Positions 1-14,009 of a DNA stretch of 64,000 bases are shown here, in pieces (the first letter of the stretch is position 1; each line of letters begins with the position of its first letter). The DNA is from Tubiluchus corallicola (lineage: Eukaryota > Animalia > Priapulida), in NCBI GenBank assembly GCA_030141605.1, contig JAQGDQ010000699.1:46264-110263 (forward strand), read 5' to 3'. The translations under genes and the position numbers were made by a program. The notes under the pieces were generated by a model. The model did not search any database, was not told the origin of the DNA, and saw only the letters and a program-made list of their open reading frames with translations.

Positions 1-558
1 TACAAGTGCCATTTTTACTGCGTACCTCAGGAATACGTCGTACTTTCACGTTAGAACAGGCCCGTTTTATTGCCAATAATCACATACATTTGCGATAATT
101 GCAGAGCGTATTCTGCCTACTCTACAGCGTACACCTACTGTACGGTCTTTGTAAGGTTTCAATTGTGTCAAATATTATATATTTACAATTGTTGGTTATT
201 CATTGTGTTCAAACACCTCATTGGACTTTTCAATGCAAATATGTAAGGTGAGAAGTAAACTTTTATGTTTATACTATAAACATTTTTAATCTTAGGGTAC
301 GACTCCATGTATACGTAATGCATAATGCGTGATTCTAATTAACTAATCGACATTAATATATATAATTAAACATCGACTAATTAAACAAAGTAGTGGCGGC
401 ATCGTCATCACAAAATTGGTAGTCTTTTAAAAACAAATGACATTATCGTGATCAAAACCTAGTCAGTATATAGAGAATGGTGTTTATCTACTTTGAAATG
501 CAATGATAACATCGTTATCGAGTTAGTGGCATGTAAGTCTAAAAAGAAACAATGTACT

Positions 559-560
<2 letters not shown>

Positions 561-594
<34 letters not shown>
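561..594. repeat. (AT)n microsatellite
   Basis: Direct reading. Confidence 0.9.
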
Positions 595-597
<3 letters not shown>

Positions 598-850
598 TGT
601 GGTGAGACCGGTACATATCTCATTACCACGAATAATCCTGTAAGATGAGACACTGGAGTGGGACACACAAAATGGGACACATTTCACTACATTTGGGCTT
701 GCCCATATAATTCCTGAATCAAAGTGGCACTGAAAAGAGTCGATATCTATATCTATGTTTATATCTATATCTATATCTTTTCATGCTGAATATCATTACT
801 GTATTGTAATCATACTAATTTAATTTCATTCATTGTCTCTGCCATTTCAG

Positions 851-1016
851 GCCACTAGGGGCGCTGAACTACATCTATATTTGGCACGATAATTCTGGTA
901 AGGGAATGTATGCTTCATGGTACCTGAAATACATCATTGTAAACGACTTACAGACAAATGAGAAGTTCAAATTTATGTGTGATCAGTGGTTGGCTGTTGA
1001 GTATGGAGACGGTCAG
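851..1016 (+). CDS. PKD1L2: Polycystin-1 family (PKD1L2-like) exon, PLAT/LH2 domain; gene begins upstream of window
   Basis: ttcag|G...CAG|gtatgt; encodes PLGALNYIYIWHDNSGKGMYASWYLK...CDQWLAVEYGDGQ, the WHDNSG/WLAVE PLAT signature of PKD1-like proteins. Exact ortholog not determined. Confidence 0.9.
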
Positions 1017-1320
1017 GTATGTAACCGTATGTTATACACAAGGTGGTGCATATCAGTTTGCCTGGAGGGGGGGGACACAAAAATTACTAGTAACTGTACA
1101 AAACACTTTATCACACATCAAAAATATTGCTGAAACGATGAAACTTATCATGCGTTTGTATTTAGTGTTGAAGCTTCAAGCATCTCAGACAGCCTGCAGT
1201 CCTGAAGAGCATGTTGGGAGCAGCGGCTCAAAGAAATTAATGTCGAACTCAAGATCCTCTAAAACTTCTTGGAGATGTTTTACAAGCTTCTCTTTTTTGA
1301 ATACCTATGAATCATTTTAA

Positions 1321-1851
1321 AGGAAAACCGGACGATTGTGTAAACATTGGATCAGAATAAAGTTTGCTCTAACATATTGAAAACTACAATAGCTTTTTGT
1401 AGATCAAAGTTTAGATTAAATAATAATTAGCTCGGATACTCAAATTTTGCTAAATTTTCAAAGCTACGCGCGGCTCAGTGAATCTACTAAGATTAGCAAC
1501 GGCGCCTTTTTGTCACATTCGCGTGGCCGACAAATAGAAGACGGTACCATGAAAACCATCATCATGAACTGCTGTGTTAGTTTCTGTGTTAGTAGACCCC
1601 ATTTTCGTGACATCACGCGCTTAAGCAGTAACACTTACGCAATCGTGCTTGACGCGCATAGGGAAGATACTTACCATTGCACAAACTGTGGATAGTTTCT
1701 GACGTAAGCTGTGTTCGGTTGCAGTTAATTAACTTTCTAGGCAAATTATTCAAATATAAGAAACAATTGCAAACTTTTATAGGCAAGAAAATGTATATTT
1801 TGGACAGGAAATTATAATGAGATTGACTCTAAACAGTCGTCCGGTTTACCT
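1321..1851. mobile_element. Non-autonomous DNA transposon, Kolobok-like
   Basis: TIRs AGGAAAACCGGACGATTGT / ACAGTCGTCCGGTTTACCT, flanked by TTAA on both sides. Confidence 0.75.
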
Positions 1852-3650
1852 TTAATCTCTCTATTGTTTGTGGTTATGCCATTCGGTACGATTGAGAAAA
1901 TCATTCCCAGACTTTTGAATTGCTGCTTCAATGATATCCCAATATTGAAGGTTATACGAGACGTGCAACATACTCAGCCATTAGGCCTGCATTGAAACGT
2001 GTTTCCATTAAATGAAGCTGCGCCCCCAAAACAGGACCCTCTAGACCTATGAGACGTGCTCGTCGGTACGAAAGTTCAACCTAGGTCTATGCTCCCAAAC
2101 CCCGAGATGTTAAAACTATTTGACATAAAATGGATCCCCAAGTGTATGTTTTAAAATGACTACTATCCGAGATTTTTCCCAACACGCTACAAACAGTTAA
2201 ATCAGCCATTTCATACCACTAATTGAGGAAGTACGACGGGTTGTGTCTGTCGATGGAAATAATCGCCCACATTCGCTCTGTTTCTCTAATAGATGGAGAT
2301 GCTGATACGGACAAGCACTTGTTCATTTACTTTTATAGTTAAATATTGACTATTCGTTATTAAATTAAGCATTATTTAGTACAGTAGTCTCCCTAATATA
2401 TCTATTTTAGGTAGACCAATATTTCGTTATTTTGTGCGCAATTGGATTTAACGTGTTATTTAAAGTAATGGTCCCGCCACAAGTTCTACTACTGACTCTG
2501 AGTAGGATTTCTGTTCACATACTGGTATTAAAATGTTAAACCTTTAAGCTTACCACTATTTCTGTGATTTCATTTCAATATTTGTTCCTGATAAAGTCAT
2601 TCTGTAGCTTCAACACTCAACACAAACGCAATAAAATCGAAACACTAAGCCAATGAGTTAAAATATAAAAGCTCTCGGCTAAATAACTTTAATGACGAAA
2701 TATTGTTCACATTGACAAGAATTTCAAAGTGACATGATCTAAACTGGTATCATTGATAGAAATAAGACAGATAGTGAAAAAGATGATTTTAACAACATAA
2801 ACTTTGAAAAAATTGTGGTTTTGACATAGACACGGTGATTTTACTGAAGTTAAACATTTGAGGCCAGAAAAGAGGTTAACTAGGTCACGTGACAGCAATT
2901 TCGTAATGTTAACAGGTGCAAGGAAGACCACTTACCAAATCCATCCCTCTCCCCACCCACTTGTGTTTCTACTTTAACTGTCTACCAAATAAAATACAGG
3001 GGAAGACTTTCACAACAAATCTTCCACGTAACGTAGTTCTCTCACAAACTGCGTCTCTCCCCAATTTTCCCGCACCTGCACGACATGTATATCTACAGCC
3101 ACGCCACCACGTACGACATAACGCTCACGTGACCACCACCAACAACCCAAACTTGGCAAAATAGGAGGAGGGTGGTTCAAGAATCCAAACCACCCACATA
3201 GATTTATTACAGACGTAAAAAAATCAGTAACTTTAAAAGTGCAGGTTGCATAATCATAATTGCCACTTGTTTTTTGACTCGTGAATGAAATTAGAAAGCA
3301 TCTGTTTTTCTACATTAATGTAACTTTAATTTAGGAAAAAGAATGACTTTAAGTGCAAGTGAAAGGTACAAAAACACAACAGACAATATTTGTTTATGAA
3401 AATTTCGGCCATTAGTGATAACTTTGCGTTTCTATGCAACAGTAAATATTTCTTGTTACACGTGAAACAAACATAAAGTTATGATTATAAATTTAGATTG
3501 TTCTTTTCTTTTGCTTTACACACGATTCTGATATATGAAAACTGCACCAAGGTTGGGAAATTTTATCAATGTAATGATATGATATAATAGTGAACTTCAT
3601 GTATCTTTCAAAACGTGATATGTGACGTAACACTCTTTGCTTTTCTGCAG

Positions 3651-3935
3651 GTTGATCGGCTGCTTCCGGTTGCAGGCAAGGAGCAAATGGAGGAGTTTTC
3701 CCATCTTTTCCAAACTCAGACCCGCAAGGACTTTCTGGACGATCACCTGTGGGTCTCGGTGTTTGCTCGACCAGCAAGGAGTCGATTCACACGACTACAG
3801 CGAGTGTTCTGCTGTTGTTCACTGCTGTCTATGACAATGCTGGTTAGTGCTATGTGGTATGGTCTAGTCCCAGAAGGTACTATTCGGTCACAAGGAGGAA
3901 TCAAATTTGGACCTTTCAGTCTTACTAGTCAAGAA
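3651..3935 (+). CDS. PKD1L2: PKD1L2-like exon (post-PLAT, TM2)
   Basis: ctgcag|GTT...GAA|gtacgt, phase 0-0; DHLWVSVFARPARSRFTRLQRVFCC...AMWY motif. Confidence 0.92.
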
Positions 3936-4277
3936 GTACGTTTGTTCATAACATTCAAACTAATTGAGATACTTATTCATACTTATTCGTTTTATATTAT
4001 AGACTAGTTTGAATACTGACTGAAGTTTACGTTTCACAATTTTGTAAAACTATTTGGTCACCGAAAAATTACCAATATGAGAAGCTCAGTGATACTGTCT
4101 AGGCTAAATATAATCAGCCAATTGCTGAAAACAAGACAACACTACGCATGTCTGATAAGTGGCATAGAAAAATGGTCTTTCATTCCTAATCCAAGTTCCT
4201 CTCTCCTAATTTTTGTATTGATGGATTAATTTTTTAATTACCCGGCTGATAAAATCATTTTGTTTTGTTTCTTCTAG

Positions 4278-4494
4278 ATTGGAGTTGGTTTCATGGCAAA
4301 TTTAATCATATTTCCCATCAATCTGTTTCTTGTTTGGGTTTTTCGCAAATCACGTCCTCGAAAAATGCGAAATTCGTCTCTCCTGAAAGCTATTAATCTA
4401 AGTCAGCAGCGTACAAGAAATGATCCATCATCTCATGCTATGATATCAATCAATTCATCTTCAGTAGATACAGATAACAAGCAAGGGCTTACAG
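4278..4494 (+). CDS. PKD1L2: PKD1L2-like exon (TM3)
   Basis: ttctag|ATT...ACAG|gtacat; IGVGFMANLIIFPINLFLVWVFRKSRPRK. Confidence 0.9.
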
Positions 4495-5771
4495 GTACAT
4501 GATGTTTTATGTTGCCGTTCTTCACTGCCCGCATCTATAACTTTTTTGCTATTTGTTCATAATCTTTTTCACATTATCACATTCATTGTCTGTCTATTAT
4601 CCATGATATAAAGTCATTCTTGTCAGTTCGTTTCTTGACATATATAATAATAATAACAATAATAATAATTTCGTTTAGGACACAGTCCAAGGATAACACC
4701 TTAAGTTACTCAATATATAAATATAATCTTTATTTGGAATTAAAGTACATTGATAATCACTGTATAAAAACCTTACAGAGATGATCAATCAGTGTTAGTT
4801 AATAAAAACTTACACTGCTAAAGGCAAATGTGTCAGTTCACTCTAAACTACTGTGCAGTAACGAAATTTATGACGAATGAAAATAAAACGTATTTATATA
4901 TATTATATATTAATTCTTTATTTGTCATTAAAATGGTTCACTCATTATAATAAAATTGAGTAAGCCTCAGCGTAATGTTAAAATAACAACACTGTTCAAG
5001 ACAAATGCGTCCAGTGCAGACTAAAAAAAACTAAAGTGCAACACTAAGGCCTAATTATATACAATAAATTAACATATTTACAAACACCATATTAAAATCT
5101 CGTGGTAAAAGTTCCACAAACATCCTATTCAAGAAAATAGTGTGGATTTTTTTAAATGTAAAATCTTTGCCATTGTCTTACAAATCGAACGGGGTGTCAG
5201 AAATTTGATTTCGTCGGTCGATCATAGATAACTTTAATATTGTCATGTATTACTTACCATCCATTTGGAAATAGAGGAAGCTCATTGCTGATTTGGGCTT
5301 TTTTGAAAATGGTCGTTATAGAGTGAGTTAAATATCCGAGTAATTACTCTGCTGTAACTTAATTAACAAACGACGTTGAGCAATCTGTTAGATTCTAATG
5401 GTTGTAGCAGCCATGTGAATGCAGAAACTACTACCATTGAATGGTGGAACATAACTACAGTGGAGTGTAGTTCACGATGTCATGTAGCATACTTAGCTAT
5501 GAAGCAAAGCATCGCCGCACCTGGTCATCTGTTCAATGGATTGTTTTGTCTGTTGTGTGGCCTTTCCATAATTTTGTGTTTCTGGAACGGTGGTCATGAC
5601 ATACAAATCCAAACGTCTATGCAAAATCAGCGTCTTATCTTAGAATGTTGTCTTTCATACTTACAACTTACCTAGATTCTGTTCTCACTACAACCACTAG
5701 TAGCCTCTGCCATGGAGTGATAGACACGGGTTGAAACACACCATGTTGTAATCGCAACTTGTTGGAATTTT

Positions 5772-6627
5772 GGCATTATATCACAAACATTGCAGTTCAG
5801 TTTTGTTTAGGAAATGTCATTATATCACAAACATTGCAGTACATTTTAGTATCGGAAATGTCATAATATCACAAACATTGCAATACATTTTTGTATCAGA
5901 AATCTCATAATATCACAAACATTGCAGTACAGTTTTGTATTGGAAATGTCATAATATCACAAACATTGCAGTACAGTTTTGTATTAGAAATGTCATAATA
6001 TCACAAACATTGCAGTACAGTTTTGTATTGGAAATGTCATAATATCACAAACATTGCAGTACAGTTTGTATCGGTAATGCAATAATATCACAAACGTTGC
6101 AGTACAGTTTTGTACCGGAAATGTCATAATATCACAAACATTGCGATACAGTTTGTATCGGTAATGCAATAATATCACAAACGTTGCAGTACAGTTTTGT
6201 ACCGGAAATGTCATAATATCACAAACATTGCGATACAGTTTTGTATTGGAGATGTCATAATATCACAAACGTTGCAGTACAGTTTTGTATCGGAAATGTC
6301 ATTATATCATAAACATTGCAGTACATTTTAGTATCGGAAATGTCATAATATCACAAACGTTGCAGTACAGTTTTGTATCGGAAATGTCATTATATCATAA
6401 ACATTGCAGTACATTTTAGTATCGGAAATGTCATAATATCACAAACGTTGCAGTACAGTTTTGTATCGGAAATGTCATTATATCATAAACATTGCAGTAC
6501 ATTTTAGTATCGGAAATGTCATAATATCACAAACGTTGCAGTACAGTTTTGTATCGGAAATGTCATTATATCATAAACATTGCAGTACATTTTTGTATCG
6601 GAGATGTCATAATTTCACAAACATTGC
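5772..6627. repeat. Minisatellite, ~40-bp unit, ~21 copies
   Basis: ggaaatgtcataatatcacaaacattgcagtacagttttgtatc repeated. Confidence 0.95.
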
Positions 6628-6844
6628 GGTAAAGGAAATGTGTTGTATTTGTTCTTTGTAGAACGAGTTGGGTAGAGGGTTTCTAACTTTTCATGCAAGA
6701 TTTTTACTGAACTGTATTTAAGCAATGACATTCCTTTTTAGTACACTTATTGCCACGATCCATCCTAATATTCAAACACAGTTATATACAGGATACATGC
6801 AAAAGTTTCAGTTTTATAAGTGAGAATTTTTGTGTTACTTTTAG

Positions 6845-7019
6845 TGCATTCATCTTCTGCTGGTGGCGTTAACATTCTGTCTCAAACAAGGACGGGTTTG
6901 CGTCCACAAATTGCCATGTCTTTAGATGATACTCACCGTCCACGATCCATGACGCCGCTGAACGACGAAGAGAGGCCTGCATCTTCAATGAGCGATGATT
7001 CCATAATGATCGATGAAAG
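6845..7019 (+). CDS. PKD1L2: PKD1L2-like exon (cytoplasmic loop)
   Basis: ttttag|TG...AG|gtattt; phase 1-2 fits both neighbouring exons; open frame VHSSSAGG...MIDER. Confidence 0.75.
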
Positions 7020-7174
7020 GTATTTTGGTTGGGTGCAACTGCAAGCAGAAAACGTTCACGTGTTTGTTTGCATATTTAAATTTGTGAAGATTTCATTTTA
7101 AAAGCAAATTAAAATTATTAGTGTTTTGTTATTTTCGCAGTTTTGCAGCAAGTTGGTTTTTTGCACCATATGGT

Positions 7175-7530
7175 GATGTGCTGCATGCTGTTGGATACAA
7201 TGATGTCGCCTGATGTAGTGGTAATGCTTTTCCACAACATTACTGAAGTGTACAACTTTCAGTAGATCTGCTTGGTGCTGCATACAATGATGTTGCATGA
7301 TGTAGTGGTAATGCTTTTCCACAACATTACTGAAGTGCACAGCATTCAGTAGATCTGCTTGGTGCTGCATACAATGATGTTCCATGATGTAGTGTGGTAA
7401 TGCTTTTCCACAACATTACTGAAGTGCACAACATTCAGTAGATCTGTTTGGTGCTGCATACAATGATGTTGCATGATGTAGTGGTAATGCTTTTCCACAA
7501 CATTACTGAAGTGCACAGCATTCAGTAGAC
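7175..7530. repeat. Tandem repeat, 87-bp unit, ~4 copies
   Basis: tgatgtag(tg)tggtaatgcttttccacaac at 7211, 7298, 7385, 7474. Confidence 0.9.
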
Positions 7531-7625
7531 CAACTATTGTTTCAGATAAACTACTGAGTTTAATTCTGCCTTGCACTGATTTGAGCGAATTAAATTGACT
7601 TGTATGTGTTTTATTTTTCTCTAAG

Positions 7626-7842
7626 GTATGAAATGCCTAAGAGAAAACCAAAGAAGAAGCCCTTCTCCTTGCCGTGGTTCTGTAAGTACTTTGCATGGTT
7701 TCTCCTGTTTGTCACAATTGGAGGTTCCGCATTCATGACGTTCTTGTACGGCATCAGCTTCGGTGATGAAAAAGTGCAGAAATGGCTGACTTCTCTTTTC
7801 CTTTCTTTCTTCGTGGATGTGTTGATCGCACAACCTGTGAAG
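7626..7842 (+). CDS. PKD1L2: PKD1L2-like exon (TM4-TM5)
   Basis: ctaag|G...AAG|gtaggc; LPWFCKYFAW...YGISFGDEKVQKWLTS...QPVK motif. Confidence 0.92.
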
Positions 7843-7891
7843 GTAGGCCATGTGAAGCTAACCCTTTTCAATTTGCACAGATTCTATGAAA

Positions 7892-7933
7892 GGGAGAGAG
7901 ATGGGGGAGAGAGAGATGGGGGAGAGAGAGAAG

Positions 7934-8008
<75 letters not shown>
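7892..8008. repeat. (GA)n microsatellite
   Basis: Direct reading. Confidence 0.95.
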
Positions 8009-8012
<4 letters not shown>

Positions 8013-8396
8013 GTTAAGGGAGACAATAGACATACCTTGTGAATCATGTTATAAATTTTGTCTAAACTAGAACAGTTATGCAGCAACTAAACTTGGAAGC
8101 AATACTAATGTCGGTAGTCATTATTGTAAGCATTAAAAGTCCTAAGATATTATATAGAGAATTTTCACACTAAGAGGGCTGACTTTGTAACGAAGTCAAT
8201 GTCTATGTTATTGCCCATTTAATTTGAGCTGTACATAAATACTTATGTCTTATAAACAAGAACTTGTGAGAGCAACAAAAATTTTCTTATAATTAGCCTC
8301 ATAGCCTTATAATGAAATTGGGTAATTGTAGCAGAGTGATCAAAAACTGAAAAAGTTGGGATTGCAAGCTGTACGTAACTTCGAAATTTATTACAG

Positions 8397-8520
8397 ATTT
8401 TCTTGCTAGCTGTCTTCTTCAGTTGTCTGTGTAAAAAATCAGATTTGGACGAAGACGATGCAGATTATGATGAAGAAGAAGTGATCCTTGAGGAAAATGA
8501 TGAATGGCTTCATCAATACA
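8397..8520 (+). CDS. PKD1L2: PKD1L2-like exon (not in ORF track)
   Basis: ttacag|ATT...TAC A|gtaata; IFLLAVFFSCLCKKSDLDEDDADYDEEEVILEENDEWLHQY; phase 0-1 fits. Confidence 0.82.
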
Positions 8521-9461
8521 GTAATACTAGTGTTCCTAAGATTATTTTACTAATTTTGATTAAGCTAAAGTAATTACGTATACACAAATATATCAGTAAA
8601 CATTATTAGAATCAATTTCGTTTTAGCAGGCTACATAGTTCTTTTTTGTATACTTAGTTAAAGTACTTAATTTACGACTGGCTAACGTTAATCAGTTTGT
8701 AGTTCATTTCTATTTACTTTCACCGAATCAAATACTGTATAAGCATTTTTATGTTAATTACTTTCAAAAGTCTGTCTTTATAATAGAAAAAATACAGAAA
8801 AATACATCATTTATAACTGGACCAATCATCGGCAAAACTAGATAGAACACCAAACACTGAAACTTCTTGTGTGTGGTGTTTACTGTGTGTTCTTTACTTT
8901 CAAAAAATGAATTGTGCTGTGAGCTAAACAATTTATAAAATTAATGTACAAGTACTTCCTTCTCACGGTCATCCCTAGAGGGTGCTGTGACACGAACCGT
9001 GACATGAAGTTACCTGAATTACTTAAACATGCAAACAGTAGACTTCTCACCACAGACAAGTTTGTAAAAAAGGGCCAGGTATTTCCGTTAACCAGGTAGG
9101 TGACACAAACCACGTGCACAGCTTGCCGCCCAAACAAGCCTGTGGCTCCCTCCGGTGGGAAAACAAAAAAAATTTAGTCAAACAGGCAACTAGGCCACAT
9201 TATTATAACTTATGAGCAATTTGTGTATAACAGAATATAATTTATAATTATTCTTTGAAATTATGATTGATATACGTTAATGCCTTAACATTGGTATCAC
9301 TGGAACCTTAATATCTTTCTGGTCTTAAGCAGCTTCAGTCATAGCGCCTGAAGCTAAGATGATGTGGGTGTTTATATTATTTCCCTGAAAATTATACATT
9401 TTCCTTGAATTAATACGTTTGTGTATAACTTTCTTACTGTCTTTGTTGATTTGTGTTTTAG

Positions 9462-9627
9462 ACATGTACGTAGCTAGACCAAGAAAAATAACCTGCAAAC
9501 CACCTGGACAACAGGAACTCGCAGAGATGAGGGAATTCCGCTTTAAGGAGATGAAGATGTTTGCAATCTTACGTGAGATTGCCGTCTATCTGTTTTTTCT
9601 ATGGATAGTTTGGGTGAACAGTTACAG
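9462..9627 (+). CDS. PKD1L2: PKD1L2-like exon (start of channel module)
   Basis: ttttag|AC...AG|gtatga; KEMKMFAILREIAVYLFFLWIVWVNSY. Confidence 0.9.
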
Positions 9628-9913
9628 GTATGAGAATCAACTAGTATAGTCTGACTTTTTAATAGTTTTCAATGGTTTGCTGGAGAGATATTGGCCTGGT
9701 GTTAATTTTACTTATTATTGCTTAAAATTAATGTATCAGAATGACTCATTTTGTAGTCATGCCTTTCAGTCAGAGTTTAGAACGATAATTAAAGCTTAAA
9801 AGACACCAAATACACCAATCTTGCGCATAATTATGAATCTGCCGATGATAGTTTTTCTTTACAAATTTTTGCTATTTATTTATTTTTTATTTTTGTTTAT
9901 ATTTTTGTAAAAG

Positions 9914-10001
9914 TCAAAGAGATCCTAATGCTTACCACATGCAGCTGTCGCTCCGTAATCATTTTCTGGCACCTGGAGATTGGTACCTGGATTTCACTAG
10001 A
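9914..10001 (+). CDS. PKD1L2: PKD1L2-like exon (TOP/polycystin domain; not in ORF track)
   Basis: aaag|T CAA AGA GAT CCT...AGA|gtaagt; SQRDPNAYHMQLSLRNHFLAPGDWYLDFTR; phase 2-0 fits. Confidence 0.8.
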
Positions 10002-10201
10002 GTAAGTAAATGGACGTAATGCTTTAGTAGAATTTCTGATTATTTATTGCATTAAAACGATTGAAATATGTCACACTACCTAATGTTTTTCTCACTTATA
10101 GATGTAGTTATCAGCTTTTTAAAAAAGACTATACAGTGTTAAAACACAAACTCCCCTCTCCTCATTGAAGCTATTTGTATGATTCATCCTACACTTGCCC
10201 T

Positions 10202-10614
10202 AATAAGTCTTTTCACAGTTTCGTTGTGCGCACGCGTAGTTGGCGCAGGTCAAAGGCTAACAGTACCACAGCAACGTGTCTTAGCTACAACCGACATGTA
10301 TGTCAGTGCACTACAACCTTAACTCACATGTATGTAAAGCAAAGCCGTCTACCATATCAGTTCAGTAACTTAAGTTGATTTATATGGACTTTGGTTTTTT
10401 TTGAATAGCCACATTAGTCTGTGTAATTTACCAGCAGGACCTTGCTTGTGAACAAGAAAAAATGAACTAGGTTAAATTCTAGCTAGCTGTTAAAACTGTT
10501 ACTATTACAACAGCATGGGCTGCGAGGCGTTGTCAAGTATACAATAGTCCATTGTCTGGTACACTTATCTTTTCACGATTATCATCATTCGCTGGAACTG
10601 TGTAAAAGCTTATT
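10202..10614. mobile_element. MITE family copy 1
   Basis: Imperfect TIR aataagtcttttcacagtttc / ggaactgtgtaaaagcttatt; homologous to 22204-22578. Confidence 0.7.
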
Positions 10615-11366
10615 ACAATCTAAGAATTCAGAGCTCATTAGTTTCCTACTTTTGCTTGGTTTAAACGCAAATCAAAACATACACAATACAGTTCATTATG
10701 TAACAAAATGCTTGCTGTGTAACCATGCATAATTATTTAGCAAAATATACTGCATTATGTAGCAACTTACAATTTTGTCAGTATTTAACAAAAACAATAC
10801 ATTATGTAACATATTAATGCACGATGCTCATGGTCGTTATGGTCTAGGTTTGATCTAATTATCAGACTGAAGTCTGATTCTTTTAGCTCTAGATAAGATC
10901 CTGACTGTTGGTTGGATCGGCCTGGTCGGTGACTAGTCTGCCTAGAATCTGTTCTGCCTGAGGTCTGATATATGAGAGGTGTGGTCTGTGGTTGATCTGC
11001 GTGGGGACTGGTCTTTAAATGTCTTGCCTCTGTCTGGTGTGTCTGTGGCTGGAGTGTGGATACTGTGTAACAACCTGTTTTAATTTGTTATGTAATACAT
11101 CATTTCGTTACAAAGTGATTGTTACATAATAACACAAAAATTGTTACATAGCGATTGTTACATAATAACACAAAAATTCTTACGTAATGATTGTTTCATA
11201 ATGACGCAAAATTTCTTAGATAGTGTCGAATTTAGTGAGTTGTTACATAATATAGTATTTTTGTTACACTGTTGATACATGATGAGCCTTTTGTTACACA
11301 TGAGCAATGTCTTTTAGCAAGTGGTTGCAGCTAAATTCAACAATTTTGCTCTGCCCTTTTTGTTAG

Positions 11367-11538
11367 ATTAACAAACACACTCGTTTTTGGAATTGGACAA
11401 GAAGAATTTTGCCAGAAGTTGCCGTAGCAAAACCGTGGTACAATGGTCAAGAAGGTCTGTATGAAAAGGGTTTCCTAGGCGACCGAGTCAACCGACGTTT
11501 AGGACCAATATACATGAGACAAATCAGAGTTGTTCCAG
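11367..11538 (+). CDS. PKD1L2: PKD1L2-like exon (TOP domain)
   Basis: gttag|ATT...CCAG|gtcagt; FWNW...WYNG...DRVNRRLGPIYMRQIRV. Confidence 0.9.
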
Positions 11539-11672
11539 GTCAGTGTGAAAAAATAGCACTTTCGTCATGTCAACTGTATAATGAAAAAGCTTCTAAGTGG
11601 ATTCAGATGTGATTTGAAAGGATAGGAAAAGAGTCTTTAATGTAAGTTTCAGAAAGCCAGCTTAAAAAATTA

Positions 11673-11750
11673 TATTGTTTAGTGTGAACAGGTACATTAT
11701 TGTTTAGTGTGAACAGGTACATTATTGTTTAGTGTGAACAGATACATAAT
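11673..11750. repeat. 25-bp tandem repeat x3
   Basis: tattgtttagtgtgaacaggtacat. Confidence 0.85.
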
Positions 11751-13027
11751 TGATACTCATGTTAAGAGAAACTCAAGTTGAATTTTGTCGCGTTGAAATT
11801 TGTTGCAAGCGATCGTGCATTTTTTCTTAGTAAAATTCATACATAAGCGCAGACGTTCGTTTCCGCCATCACAACCATTTTCAATACTAAAAATCAAGCC
11901 AGAAAAAGAATAGGTAGTACACTAAAGTACAAAAACACAAAATGTCGTTACAAATCAGCAGATTGGAATTTAACTTGTCAAAATAAACGTGGAAGAAACT
12001 GTGAAAATGAAAAAAATTTACCTTAGAAGATATGAGATTCAGCAAAGATCATAACACAACGCTCAATAAATATGTTTATTCCTAGCGGCTGGCTCTTTCG
12101 TGCATTACTGTAAAGGACAAGAAAAGAGGTACCTGGAATAGGTTTCAGAAAAGTCGTCTTAAAAATTGTGCTACTTTACAGTAATTTTATGCGTATATTA
12201 TACTCGCTTTAAAAGGAATTTAATTTCATTTTAAATCTCCTGCAACACTGTTCCGAGGACGCCATTACATGACGTCACCTACGTAAACGTAAGTCAGGGG
12301 AAGAAAATGAAATCTTAATTAAGTCCCAAAAAACTTTCCATGCAAATCTATGTTACTTAGCATTTTGGTTACCTGCTGGAAAGACTTATGTAACTAGAAA
12401 TAATAATTTAAAATGTTTGTGCCATTTGGTAAAATGTCGCTGACTCACCCTCACTAACCAAATTGTATTTTTTATCTTATTGACAAGATGCAGTAATTCA
12501 AAATTTTACTTAATTTGTGTGCTATGAATGCTCTGATTATTTTTTCAAATTCAGGCAATAATATCTAAACTTGCTGCAAACGACTTACCATTAAAATGGC
12601 TGCGCCTAACGGTCATCCCGTTAGTTTAAATTTACACGTTTTACACAGCGTTACTGCCGATGCAAGCTTTGCATACAAGAAGGCAGTGTGTAAATGGCAT
12701 AAAATTTCAAGGCGAATTTTTTAAGCTTTATGTAAGCGTAGGGTTTTCTTGTGCTTTAAGATTTGCGTAAGATTTTGACAAATAGGAATCTGTTACACAA
12801 AAAGTGTTCTCTTCTTGCAACGTACGTATGTCCAAACTTTGCAAGATTCGTTGCATTTACACATAATAACTGGAAACATCCTTACACAAGAATGATAGCA
12901 GAACTGAAACAATTAATTCACAAAAACAAGTGCACAGAATAATGAGCAAAGAAAGAGGGAATGAATGAATAACTGAACGAATCCATTCAGTGCGAGTCTA
13001 TTAATCAAGTCATCATATCTTTTACAG

Positions 13028-14009
13028 GATCATGCAATGTAGACATGTACATGAAAAAGGTTTCACCAGAGTGCAATGATTGGCCGATTTTCGACTCAGA
13101 AGAGACCAGAGATTTTTCTGCAGGATGGACACCAAGAACTCACAACAATACAGATCTGGTAGATGAGTACACATACAGAAGCAGTGCAGAAATGGCGAGC
13201 CTGCCGTACTGGGGAAGGTTAGGACTTTATCCGGGAGGTGGCTACTATGTGTTTTTGAAAGAGGAGCTACAAGAAGTTCGTGATCAAGTTAAGAAGTTGG
13301 AGCATGAAATATGGATTGACAAATATACAAGGGCAGTTTTTATTGAGTTCTCTCTGTATAATCCTAACGTTAATCTGTTCACTGTTGGTAATATCCTGTT
13401 TGAATTCCCGTCGACTGGAGGCATCTTACCATATGCCAGATTTGATCCCATTCGGTTGACCGATCCCTTGGATTATGCCACGTTAAAAACTGCCTTTGAG
13501 GTAATCTTCGTCCTATTCATTATTGGCTTTGGCTGTCGTGAAGTATTAAAGTTCTACAAGCACAGGAAAGAATACTTCAGTGAGACGTGGAACTATGTTG
13601 AATGGGCTATTATCGGGTTCGGCGTTGCTAGTATCATTCTTTACTTCACCAGGATGCAACTTGCCAATTTTGTCGTCAACTCTTTCCATTTCTCAAAGGG
13701 CAAGAGCTACATCAACATGCAACACATCAGCTATGTAGATGAAATGCTTTGCTACATGATGGCCTTCATCTGTTTCCTGGCCACATTGAAGATGATACGA
13801 CTGCTGAGGTTCAACAGACGAATGTCTCTCCTGGGAATGACATTGGTTTATTCGAAACGAGATCTAATATTCTTCACCGCCATGTTTTTGATCGTGTTTC
13901 TAGCATTCACGCTTATGTTTATGCTGACTCTTGGAAATCATCTGTTTGGGTATGCAACTGTACTACGCAGTGCAGAATCGAGTTTCTCCATGATTCTTAA
14001 CAAGTTCCG
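13028..14009 (+). CDS. PKD1L2: PKD1L2-like large exon (TOP domain and channel TMs)
   Basis: tacag|GA...CG|gtacgt; YPGGGY, WIDKYTRAVFIEFSLYNPNVNLF and KMIRLLRFNRRM PKD_channel motifs. Confidence 0.95.

Noticed and set aside
7098-7576. His-rich ORFs on minus strand
   Set aside because: Translation of an 87-bp intronic repeat, broken by a 2-bp insertion.
8975-9160. Possible SINE fragment
   Set aside because: GC-richer island, but no recognisable A/B boxes or TSD.
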